Both the position numbers and the translations under genes were made by a program. A stretch of DNA of 64,000 nucleotides from Nitrospirota bacterium. Lineage in GTDB: Bacteria; Patescibacteriota; Gracilibacteria; UBA1369; LOWO2-01-FULL-3. Below the pieces are notes generated by a model, which saw only the letters and a program-made list of their open reading frames with translations, did not search any database and was not told the DNA's origin. How positions within the stretch are numbered: the first letter of the stretch is position 1; every line of letters begins with the position of its first letter. The DNA is taken from positions 1,890 through 65,889 of the forward strand of contig JBDRIE010000037.1 of the NCBI GenBank assembly GCA_043816165.1. The letters run 5' to 3'. Below are positions 56,103-64,000 of the stretch, piece after piece.

Positions 56103-56451
56103 TACAAAGATTTTCAGAGCTATATGTCCATTGGGACAAAGAAGTCTCCTTTTTTATAAATGTCATTTCTTTTCTCTTTTCTGTTTCCTTTTTGCGTTTC
56201 TTTTCCGATAATTCCACAAAAAGATCATACATATCCTGATATTTTTTCGGAGCTTTTCTATAAACTTCCTCATCGGATTCCTCTTCTTTGCAACACATCT
56301 CCAGATACCCTGAAGTCGCATCATGCAACCTTTCAAGAGCTTGCATAATACTGTTTCCTTCAGCTAGAAGATCAAACTCCAAAGACACTGCAAGATAGTT
56401 ATGATCTTTTTTGTAGGCAATAACACGGTCTGCAAATGTTCTTGTTTTCAT
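56095..56451 (-). CDS. hicB: HicB-like antitoxin (N-terminal HicB fold, charged C-terminus with no obvious RHH/HTH)
   Basis: YLAVSLEFDLLAEGNSIMQALERLHDATSGYLE pattern. 8-nt overlap with hicA. Confidence 0.55.
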   Translation of the reverse strand: MKTRTFADRVIAYKKDHNYLAVSLEFDLLAEGNSIMQALERLHDATSGYLEMCCKEEESDEEVYRKAPKKYQDMYDLFVELSEKKRKKETEKRKEMTFIKKETSLSQWTYSSENLCNA

Positions 56452-56532
56452 TGTGAATTGCTAAGAGATTGTTGAGATCAAATTATATACAGTTTTCGGA
56501 AAATTTCAAGTTTTTTATAATAAATAGCACAT

Positions 56533-56877
56533 TTAACGAGGATATCCATTCCCATCAAACACACGGATAAATTTGATTTCCTGGCCGGATTCATGGGTTA
56601 AAGTAAATTCAACCGGATGTCCCTCAGGATATCGCCCCACATACATATCCATCCCAAAATTATGCAATCCGACCGCAGAGGCCTCTGATACAGCCTTTTT
56701 CTGAAGATCCTCAACAGTCTCTCCCTCCGGAAGATTAACCGGATCATCAAAAGGCAATGTAAAATCTTCACCGTTTCTTTTTTTGAAGGCAACCTCGACC
56801 CGATAATCTCCCAAAGGAAGATTTTCATTTTCAATGGAAGATTCATCGATCCCTGAGGGAGCATTATTTGTTTTCAT
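56533..56877 (-). CDS. hypothetical small protein
   Basis: ORF in the AT-rich orphan block. ATG 56877 preferred over GTG 56901, which overlaps the upstream gene. Confidence 0.45.
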   Translation of the reverse strand: MKTNNAPSGIDESSIENENLPLGDYRVEVAFKKRNGEDFTLPFDDPVNLPEGETVEDLQKKAVSEASAVGLHNFGMDMYVGRYPEGHPVEFTLTHESGQEIKFIRVFDGNGYPR

Positions 56878-56888
56878 TTTTAAATTTT

Positions 56889-57113
56889 TTAAAACTTCCA
56901 CTCTCCATATTTTCTATATAGACCAACTACCATTTCGCAACTAGTGAATACATCCTTGATATCTATATTTTCTATGGCCAGACCTGATTTTAAGCAGTTA
57001 TCTAAGTAAATATCTGCTTTTGTATTCCTTGGATTCGTTACAAACAGGTACCAACCGAAAATAATTGCAAAGAGAAGTACAACTGCTGTCAGAATTAAGT
57101 TTTGTTTTTTCAT
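56889..57113 (-). CDS. hypothetical small protein with signal-anchor helix
   Basis: MKKQNLILTAVVLLFAIIFGWYLF. Confidence 0.45.
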   Translation of the reverse strand: MKKQNLILTAVVLLFAIIFGWYLFVTNPRNTKADIYLDNCLKSGLAIENIDIKDVFTSCEMVVGLYRKYGEWKF

Positions 57114-57136
57114 ATTATTTAATATTAATAATAATT

Positions 57137-57577
57137 CTAATTTTCCATATATTGTTTAACCATGTCATTAAATTCTTCTTTGGCATGCACAGCAGAATTA
57201 TCTTCCCCCAAATGTTCACATGCTTTATACGAGTCACCAAGACCTAAGCCACAAATTCCAGAAATTTGATCTGCAGTATGTATACCACCATATTCCTTAT
57301 TTTCATAAACATCATATAAAATCTCATGAAATTCATAGGGCTCATTATCATTTGTTATCAATATAAAACATTTATTTAAATTCTGGCTATAGTGATTCGT
57401 AAAACTATAGCTATTCCCCGTATACTCCATGCCATAATTTTCCATGTAGTTACTAAAAAACCCTTTCGCACTTTTGCTACATTTTTCTTGGGATTCTAGA
57501 TTAGATGAAGATAAAGTGGAGCAGCCATTTAACATTAAGGTAATAAACAAAAGCAAAAGGGTTGTTTTAGTTTTCAT
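57137..57577 (-). CDS. hypothetical lipoprotein
   Basis: MKTKTTLLLLFITLMLNGCS lipobox. ATG 57577 preferred over TTG 57616. Confidence 0.55.
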   Translation of the reverse strand: MKTKTTLLLLFITLMLNGCSTLSSSNLESQEKCSKSAKGFFSNYMENYGMEYTGNSYSFTNHYSQNLNKCFILITNDNEPYEFHEILYDVYENKEYGGIHTADQISGICGLGLGDSYKACEHLGEDNSAVHAKEEFNDMVKQYMEN

Positions 57578-57647
57578 AAATTTATTATTAAGAATAAAAT
57601 TTACTATTTTTTTCAAAACAAAGAGTTTTAGCTGATGTGCCGCCCAT

Positions 57648-58298
57648 TTATTTTAGTGGAAATGGAACGTCTAAAATGGCACAGTCATCTTCTACTTCAT
57701 GGTAACCGAAACGAATTGTAAACAGATAATTTGGCTTCACTTTATGATTTCCTCTAACAATTTCATTGAACTCATAAGGTCCTGTGATATTGCCGGAATT
57801 ATCTCCTACATAGCGCATACGACTGCCTAGGTATGGCAACTGTGGGATTCTTTGAGCACTTTCCCTATTTTTATGAACAAAAAAATCTATAAAAATCCCT
57901 GTGCTATTTGTAAATTGAGTGTCTTTGGGAAGACAAATTATTTGTGCTTGATACCATTTACCGATTGGTTGACGGTAGGTCAATATGGGACGGCTGCGCC
58001 ACGTAAAAAGCCTAATAAAATCTTCTGTTAATGAGCCTTCTTCTTGATTGACCAAGTTAGTATTAAACCTTAGATGTCTATCTTCGCCTAAGGATTTTGT
58101 GAGGTGGAGATTCAGATCAGAAGGGATCGAAAAATGTTGATAATCGTCAATTTCGGTTTCAATCCCATCAGCGACAAGTTTTGTTTTGCCTGAATCGGTT
58201 GTAATGATTGGAAATGTTTGAATTATTTTAAGGTCGAAAACTTTTCTTCCGATTGATTCCTGATCTAGACCTAAAATCATTAATGTTCCTGATTTCAT
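57648..58298 (-). CDS. hypothetical protein (216 aa), no recognisable motif
   Basis: Clean ORF with an ATG start, in the AT-rich block. Confidence 0.55.
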   Translation of the reverse strand: MKSGTLMILGLDQESIGRKVFDLKIIQTFPIITTDSGKTKLVADGIETEIDDYQHFSIPSDLNLHLTKSLGEDRHLRFNTNLVNQEEGSLTEDFIRLFTWRSRPILTYRQPIGKWYQAQIICLPKDTQFTNSTGIFIDFFVHKNRESAQRIPQLPYLGSRMRYVGDNSGNITGPYEFNEIVRGNHKVKPNYLFTIRFGYHEVEDDCAILDVPFPLK

Positions 58299-58396
58299 AA
58301 TTTGGCAGTAAAAATGGGGGCATTTAAGCTAATGACAAAGACTATACGATATATAAAATACGCCAAAGACAGATCGCTGGCAAATATGTGCTAAAA

Positions 58397-59077
58397 TTAA
58401 TTACGAATCCTCTTAAATTTTTCTGCAAATTTTACTGCAAATTTTACTGCTGTACAGGGATAATGATCATTGCGCGCTATTTTTATCCAAGCATCACGAA
58501 AATTATATTGAAGTGAATTTATATCATCCAATATTGTTCTAATTAAATCTTCAGTAATCCAATGAAAGTTGCTGGGTATTTTATAGCAGTTTTCTCTGTG
58601 CGGATATCTTTCCGCTTGATTCTGAATATCCCCATCCCATTCAATATTTTCTTGAATAAAAGTCCCAAAATAGTATTTACTTATAATAGGCCAGATGTCC
58701 TTTTTTAATTTTTCGAAAATAGATTTATTTTTTTTATTTTTAGCATTATCAATAAGATAATTAAATAATTTTTTATAGTCATGTTCTGTAAGATATTTGT
58801 CATGATCTAAATTACTTAATGTCTTTATATAAATCTCAATACCGTGTTTCAGATTAAAAATGATAGGAAAGATCAAGTAAGAATTAGGATGTCCTGGGAA
58901 TTTATATTCCGTGCTGATTTTACTATTAAAAAATATTTTTTTAAAACCAGGCTTCCCTATGAACTCCAAATTATCTTGTATTTTTTTGCAAAGAATTTTT
59001 GCGGATAAAAAATAAAATTGCGGAAAAATTGCCCAATCATAGCCAGTTTCTTTTGGATTTATTTTGAGTTTATTCAT
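58397..59077 (-). CDS. hypothetical protein (226 aa), probably all-helical, no recognisable catalytic motif
   Basis: Clean ORF starting 13 nt after the stop of the zinc-ribbon gene. Confidence 0.55.
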   Translation of the reverse strand: MNKLKINPKETGYDWAIFPQFYFLSAKILCKKIQDNLEFIGKPGFKKIFFNSKISTEYKFPGHPNSYLIFPIIFNLKHGIEIYIKTLSNLDHDKYLTEHDYKKLFNYLIDNAKNKKNKSIFEKLKKDIWPIISKYYFGTFIQENIEWDGDIQNQAERYPHRENCYKIPSNFHWITEDLIRTILDDINSLQYNFRDAWIKIARNDHYPCTAVKFAVKFAEKFKRIRN

Positions 59078-59090
59078 CCGTGTAATAATT

Positions 59091-59618
59091 TTATTTTAAT
59101 TTATCTGATTTATTTTTTAAATCAGATCTTGCCTTTAATCCTGCAAATAAACATTTTAGACCGTCATAACCTGTAAATACTATTATAAGTCCCAATATAT
59201 TCCAGGCTGTTAAATTTGTGTTGATGAATGTGTTGATAAAATAAATAAAAGCACCGAACGCGCCCAATGTTTCGATAATCCCTCTTAAAATCATTCCAGA
59301 GATATTTTTCCCCATGAAATTGCCGCAGTGATCGCAAAAGTATTTTTCTTTATGCGTATACGGAAAACTTCCTCTTTTTTCCGATATGATTGTTTCCTTT
59401 TTACAATTATCGCAAATAGCGGTTTTGTGCTTGTTTTTATCGATAACATACTCTTCAACCTGCTCTTTTTTCTGTTGTTTGCTTTTTATTTTATTTATAT
59501 ATTCTTTGTGATGTTTTTCAAATGCTTCTTGTGTTCTCCAAAACACTTCTCCACAGTTTTTACATTTGTACTCCTCATCAATAGAGCATTCATGTTTACA
59601 GTTTGGACATTGATTCAT
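59091..59618 (-). CDS. double zinc-ribbon protein with C-terminal transmembrane helices
   Basis: CPNCKHEC...CKNCGEVF and CDNCKKE...CDHCGNF, then GIIETLGAFGAFIYFI and ILGLIIVFTGY. ATG 59618 preferred over GTG 59672, which lies inside the candidate promoter. Confidence 0.55.
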   Translation of the reverse strand: MNQCPNCKHECSIDEEYKCKNCGEVFWRTQEAFEKHHKEYINKIKSKQQKKEQVEEYVIDKNKHKTAICDNCKKETIISEKRGSFPYTHKEKYFCDHCGNFMGKNISGMILRGIIETLGAFGAFIYFINTFINTNLTAWNILGLIIVFTGYDGLKCLFAGLKARSDLKNKSDKLK

Positions 59619-59650
59619 ATTTTTAGGATTAGTATGTATTTGACAAGTGT

Positions 59651-59679
59651 ATAATATGCCGTAGGCGTACACCCGTCAA
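59651..59679 (-). promoter_or_regulatory. candidate promoter for the zinc-ribbon/226-aa gene pair
   Basis: On the minus strand: TTGACG (59679-59674), 17 nt spacer, TATTAT (59656-59651). Confidence 0.45.
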
Positions 59680-59708
59680 ATTTGCGTGAGTGAGCGGTAA
59701 AAATAGAA

Positions 59709-59954
59709 TTATTTTCGACTTCTTATTATAAATATTCCTGTGACAATTAATACTATTCCGATTGTAATCAATATCGTTTGTGTATCGCTATAAATATGTT
59801 CCAGTATTGAGAAATCAAAATCAGTCCCTTCAGGGACTGATTTTGATTTCTTATAATGAATAACATTAAATAAACCAAACATGTTATAACTTGTCATAGT
59901 TACACCTACTAATGTTACAAGTTCTCCAATGTATTTTTTTATAAATTTGATCAT
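59709..59954 (-). CDS. hypothetical two-TM small membrane protein
   Basis: Helices ELVTLVGVTMTSYNMFGLF and ILITIGIVLIVTGIFII. Confidence 0.5.
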   Translation of the reverse strand: MIKFIKKYIGELVTLVGVTMTSYNMFGLFNVIHYKKSKSVPEGTDFDFSILEHIYSDTQTILITIGIVLIVTGIFIIRSRK

Positions 59955-59997
59955 GTTTTTTTTGTTAGAAAATAATTTTATTTAACGAGCGAATTGG

Positions 59998-60288
59998 CTA
60001 ACCCTTGTTATTGGATGCAATTGAAAGTTCTTGTATTGCCTCCTCAAACAATGCTAGATCTTTTGCATAGAAAGTAAATTCTGTAGGAAGCTTGGATAAG
60101 TCATCAAAATTGATTTCGAGAGCTTTGACCAGTATTTCTTCAATTGGTATGTTTTTAAATTTTTGTAAAGCATTCCTGAATTCACGAGCAATTTTTTTTT
60201 GATTGAGAAAATGTTCTAAAGTGTCATCAATTTTGATGACACTTTTACCTACCAACCATTCTAATGAATTATTTTGCACAATGTTCAT
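59998..60288 (-). CDS. hypothetical small helical protein
   Basis: Clean 96-aa ORF. No motif recognised. Confidence 0.45.
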   Translation of the reverse strand: MNIVQNNSLEWLVGKSVIKIDDTLEHFLNQKKIAREFRNALQKFKNIPIEEILVKALEINFDDLSKLPTEFTFYAKDLALFEEAIQELSIASNNKG

Positions 60289-60356
60289 GTTTAAGTTTTG
60301 TTATTATAAAACTTTCAATTATTTACGCCAACCACGATTCAAAACACCCCCAACCT

Positions 60357-61742
60357 CTACCCCTTCCTCCAAACCGTACCTTCCGCGGTATCTTCAAGCT
60401 CAATTCCACGTTCACGAAGCTCATCCCTAATCCGATCTGAAGCCTCAAAGTCTTTGTTTTTACGAGCTTCTTCACGTTCTTTTATTAACTTTTCAATATC
60501 CTCGTCAATAGTCGCTTTAGTCTCTTTCTTTGTAGGAAAAATAACACCAAAAACTTTGTCTAATCTTTTTAACTGTTCAAGAATAAAAGCACTATCCAAA
60601 TTTATCATTTTATCCTCAAGAGCTTGATTTACGCTTTTAACAGCTACAAAAATTGTTCCAAAAGCACCAGAAGTATTGAAATCGTCGTCCATCGATTCAC
60701 CAGCTAGATCCTCAAACTCAATTTGCAAAGGATCCTCATTGGAAGTGGACTTATAATTCTCTAATTTTTTCACAAACCCATGCAAAGTTACCAAAGCCGC
60801 CTTCGCCTGTTCCAACAATTCATCAGAAAAATTGATTGGATTGCGGTAATGCGTTTGCAAAAACATAAATCGCACCACTTGCGGATCATACCGCTCAAAA
60901 ATCTCCTTCAAAGTCGAGAAATTCCCAAGACTCTTGCTCATTTTTTCATTATCCACATTTATAAAACCATTATGGATCCAATATTTGGCAAACGCCCCTT
61001 CACCCAAAGCACAAACACTCTGTGCGACCTCACATTCGTGATGGGGAAACAGCAGATCCAGCCCACCTCCATGAATATCAAATTCACGACCAAGATGCTT
61101 GTAACTCATAGCACTACATTCAATATGCCAACCCGGCCTTCCCTCCCCCCATGGACTTTCCCAAGCAGGCTCGCCCTCCTTTTTAAACTTCCACAACGCA
61201 AAATCATACGGATTCCTCTTCGCCTCATTCACCTCAACACGAGCACCCATTCTCAAATCTTCCAAATTTTGCCCCGACAGCTCGCCATACTCAGAAAACT
61301 TCGTAACATCAAAATACACACCATCCCCATCAATCACATAAATATATCCGCCTTCGTCCAGCTTTCCGATAATCTCCAAAACCGCGTCAATATTCTCAGT
61401 AGCACGAGGCTGAACATCCGCACGAGCAACTCCCAGAGCCGCATAATCCTTCTCATACTCTGGAATAATCTTGTCCGCCAACTCAGAAACTGAAATCCCA
61501 TCCGCCTTCGCTCTCTTTATCATTTTGTCATCAATATCCGTATAATTCGACACAAATTTCACATCAAAACCGCGATATTCAAAATATTTACGAATAACGT
61601 CAAAAGCCACAGCACTACGCCCATGACCCAAATGCGCCACATCATAAACTGTCGGCCCGCACACATACATCGAGACTTTCCCGTCAATCAAAGGCACAAA
61701 TTCTTCTTTCTTCTTCGACTTCGTGTCATAAATCTGAATCAT
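60357..61742 (-). CDS. cysS: cysteine--tRNA ligase
   Basis: HLGHGRS (HIGH), KMSKSLGN, WHIECS zinc site. Confidence 0.92.
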   Translation of the reverse strand: MIQIYDTKSKKKEEFVPLIDGKVSMYVCGPTVYDVAHLGHGRSAVAFDVIRKYFEYRGFDVKFVSNYTDIDDKMIKRAKADGISVSELADKIIPEYEKDYAALGVARADVQPRATENIDAVLEIIGKLDEGGYIYVIDGDGVYFDVTKFSEYGELSGQNLEDLRMGARVEVNEAKRNPYDFALWKFKKEGEPAWESPWGEGRPGWHIECSAMSYKHLGREFDIHGGGLDLLFPHHECEVAQSVCALGEGAFAKYWIHNGFINVDNEKMSKSLGNFSTLKEIFERYDPQVVRFMFLQTHYRNPINFSDELLEQAKAALVTLHGFVKKLENYKSTSNEDPLQIEFEDLAGESMDDDFNTSGAFGTIFVAVKSVNQALEDKMINLDSAFILEQLKRLDKVFGVIFPTKKETKATIDEDIEKLIKEREEARKNKDFEASDRIRDELRERGIELEDTAEGTVWRKG

Positions 61743-62035
61743 AACATCACAAGTTTATTTAATGAAATCACCAGCAATCTAATTATCAAATCAACCCCAA
61801 TCAAAGCTATAATCGGGGATAAATCAATCATACCTATTTTGTGTGGTAATTTCTGAGCCAGCCTGATCACAGGATCGGTTACTTCAATCAAAAACCGCGA
61901 TACCGGCCCGCCTGCTCCGGGACGCCCCATCGTGAACCATGAAACCAAAACTCTACCAATAATCGCATAAGTAACCAGATTCCCTAGAATTACCAGAAAA
62001 TTAATCGTATACGCAATAATTTGATACTTATCCAT
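61739..62035 (-). CDS. yggT: YggT family membrane protein
   Basis: GRVLVSWF....PVSRFLIEVTDPVIRL pattern. Its 3' end overlaps the cysS start codon by 4 nt (ATGA). Confidence 0.75.
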   Translation of the reverse strand: MDKYQIIAYTINFLVILGNLVTYAIIGRVLVSWFTMGRPGAGGPVSRFLIEVTDPVIRLAQKLPHKIGMIDLSPIIALIGVDLIIRLLVISLNKLVML

Positions 62036-62117
62036 AAAAAATTAATTATCGCCAATGATACTATCAAAAAGAGATTGTCAATGTAAGGGGAATAAAATGC
62101 AAACCGCAGTCCAACGG

Positions 62118-64000
62118 CTATAAAGCTTCTTTTTGTTTCCTAACAAACATATAAAACATTCCACCAAGCAACGAACAAAGAACAAGCCACTTAATTTCAG
62201 GGCCAGCCTCACTCGGATCACGATCCATTTCCCCCAATGCATCCTCACCCGCTGTCCCCATCGTCACTTCCGGGGAAGCAACCTCAACGATATCAGGGCC
62301 GGGCGTACTGGAAACAATATTGCTGAAATGCTCGCTCACATTGCCTTTTTCATCAACGGCGATTACTGCGAAATAATACTCAACATCATTTTTAAGATTT
62401 GGAAGATACCATGTAGTTGAGTTTGTGAATGTATCCACCGCCTCAGTAAGCTGATTTGGCGTCAATCCGTAATAAACCCTATAGTTTGTGATCAAATTTC
62501 CCAATGTTTGCATTGGATTCCATTCCAACGTAACTCTGTGATCCGAAGAAACAGCCGTTAGACCGTTAACATCTCCCAAAGCTTCAGCATTAAGTCCGGA
62601 CAAAACCCCGACATTCACCGTAGCCAGATTTTCCACTTTATTTTCATTACCTAATTGATCAACAATAACCACGCCAACGGGATATTCCCCGAATTCTATC
62701 GGAGCCGCAAATGACCCCTCATAATATCCGCCAGTATTATGCACCGTTTCATAAATACTATTCTGGAACAAAATTGCTGCCTGTGAAAGATCATCAGAAG
62801 TATAAATTTTTGCGGTAATAATGGCTCCCGGATCTACTTCACCAGTTGGATCCAAAACGATCTGTGCCACCTCCGGACCGGATGTATCCACAATCACACT
62901 AACGCTTTCGCTCGTACCGGTTATAGTCCCGACTTCATTCACCGTTGCCACATAAAAAGAGTGATTGCCGTCTGACAATGCACTTGTTGTGTATGAAAAT
63001 TGTCCCGCAGCATTTGCAACCAACGAAGCAAGCTCAACATCATTATCAAATATTTTCAAAGCTGAACCGGCGGGCGCCGATCCGCTAATTACTTGAATAT
63101 TATTGCTATATGTACCGGAAGTTGGATTTGTAATTTTTATTGTGCTCGCAGATAGATTTGAACCTTCCGTCACAATAAAATCATATTCTCCGGAAACAGT
63201 AATTTCATCCAAATCACGAGCCTCAATTGTATAAGTACCGGCTTGCTGAAAACTCATTGCCAAACTGAAAGTATGCGAACCCAAATCAGATGTCGTGAAT
63301 GTGTAATCCTCCGGAAGACTGGCAAAGAACGAATTATCCGTAACTACGGAAAACCTCACCGTTCCTTCATAATTCGTGACTTCCTGATCCAAAGCATCCT
63401 TTGCAATAAGATCAAACGTTATACTTTCCCCAACACCTATCAGCTCCGGCACACTATCAAATTCAAAAGAATCAATTGCGGAAGAGGGACTTCCAGTTGC
63501 CGCATAAATATATTTTTCCGGAACATCATTCACGAATACATATTCACTATCGGTGAAATACACTATTCTTGATCGTGAATCCAACACAACATCCGCGGTC
63601 ACATCATAAATAGAATAAGTAACTGTTCCTTTTTCATCAGATGAAACTTCGAAAGTTATTTCTCCGTTAGAACCTGTGTATTGGGACGGTGAAGTCACGA
63701 AATCATAACTTGAACTTGAAATCAATTTCACCAAATGATCCTCTATTGGATTTCCATAATCGTCTGACAATTTTACTTTTATTGTTGAATCCTCGTCGTA
63801 TGATCGAACCACTTGTTCCGTTGGAGAAACTAGCGAATTTGATTGCGAAACTTCTCCGGAATAAACCTCGAAGAATCCTACTTTTCCGTAATTAGAATCA
63901 TTTTCATATTTAACAGATACAGAATAGTCGCCAGACGTCCTCGTGAAATAATCTGACAATTCAGTTTGGGCAATCCCGTTCTGATTGGTAATTGCACTCA
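62118..64000 (-). CDS. large cell-surface protein with Ig-like/fibronectin-III-like repeats and a C-terminal TM anchor (5' end outside the window)
   Basis: The frame stays open to base 64000. Beta-rich repeats, an FN3-like VTLEWNP...YRVYYG segment, and the terminal helix WLVLCSLLGGMFYMFV. Confidence 0.7.
   Translation of the reverse strand, partial: SAITNQNGIAQTELSDYFTRTSGDYSVSVKYENDSNYGKVGFFEVYSGEVSQSNSLVSPTEQVVRSYDEDSTIKVKLSDDYGNPIEDHLVKLISSSSYDFVTSPSQYTGSNGEITFEVSSDEKGTVTYSIYDVTADVVLDSRSRIVYFTDSEYVFVNDVPEKYIYAATGSPSSAIDSFEFDSVPELIGVGESITFDLIAKDALDQEVTNYEGTVRFSVVTDNSFFASLPEDYTFTTSDLGSHTFSLAMSFQQAGTYTIEARDLDEITVSGEYDFIVTEGSNLSASTIKITNPTSGTYSNNIQVISGSAPAGSALKIFDNDVELASLVANAAGQFSYTTSALSDGNHSFYVATVNEVGTITGTSESVSVIVDTSGPEVAQIVLDPTGEVDPGAIITAKIYTSDDLSQAAILFQNSIYETVHNTGGYYEGSFAAPIEFGEYPVGVVIVDQLGNENKVENLATVNVGVLSGLNAEALGDVNGLTAVSSDHRVTLEWNPMQTLGNLITNYRVYYGLTPNQLTEAVDTFTNSTTWYLPNLKNDVEYYFAVIAVDEKGNVSEHFSNIVSSTPGPDIVEVASPEVTMGTAGEDALGEMDRDPSEAGPEIKWLVLCSLLGGMFYMFVRKQKEAL

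Noticed and set aside
58397-59077. HEPN-like or AbiV-like nuclease assignment for the 226-aa orphan
   Set aside because: The helical character and an LKHGIEIYIK segment were suggestive, but there is no Rx4-6H motif (only RYPH and RNDH with 2-residue spacing), so I make no functional call.
60780-61493. 237-aa ORF antisense to cysS, and 170-aa ORF 55269..55781 in an alternative frame of murC
   Set aside because: Both lie entirely inside strongly supported conserved genes. Their products are low-complexity (Q/R/P/N-rich) and reflect the A+C-rich plus-strand composition.

Overview
About 64 kb of densely packed, mostly minus-strand chromosome from a low-GC bacterium that uses the standard code (TGA is a stop, e.g. 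the ATGA overlap at 2453-2456). The gene content fits a small-genome, Patescibacteria/CPR-like lineage, but that placement is inference only. Supporting traits are single-copy housekeeping genes, ribosomal proteins with charged repeat tails, orphan TraD/VirD4-like ATPases, and sigma-region-4/HARE-HTH proteins. Recognisable genes: rplS, rnhB, a CsaB-like pyruvyl transferase, rfbA/rfbD, proS, infB (interrupted), rmuC, a UvrD-type helicase fused to a Cas4-like nuclease, rpsA, clpC, ruvB, tsaE, aspS, dnaE, nadA/nadC, valS, glyQS, murC, cysS, yggT, cell-wall hydrolases (M23+SLH, 3D+PG-binding), hicBA, and four tRNAs (Arg-TCT, Leu-TAG, Met-CAT, initiator Met). I found no rRNA, CRISPR array, transposase, integrase or reverse transcriptase. 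The most interesting items are: (1) a ~1 kb, ~60% GC foreign gene (51339-52277) for a membrane-anchored basic protein. It follows a ~300 nt structured leader ending in an intrinsic terminator, and sits between a TraD-like ATPase and the tRNA-fMet/Met pair. (2) A second GC-elevated mini-island just 3' of tRNA-Arg, encoding two tiny membrane peptides. (3) A perfect CIRCE operator inside a consensus promoter in front of clpC. (4) infB split by a 1-nt frame change in an A6 run. (5) Two paralogous orphan TraD/VirD4-like ATPases and two paralogous sigma-region-4/HARE-HTH proteins. (6) A very AT-rich block of eight orphan genes (56.5-60.3 kb) next to hicBA. All functional calls come from reading motifs by eye; no database search was run.
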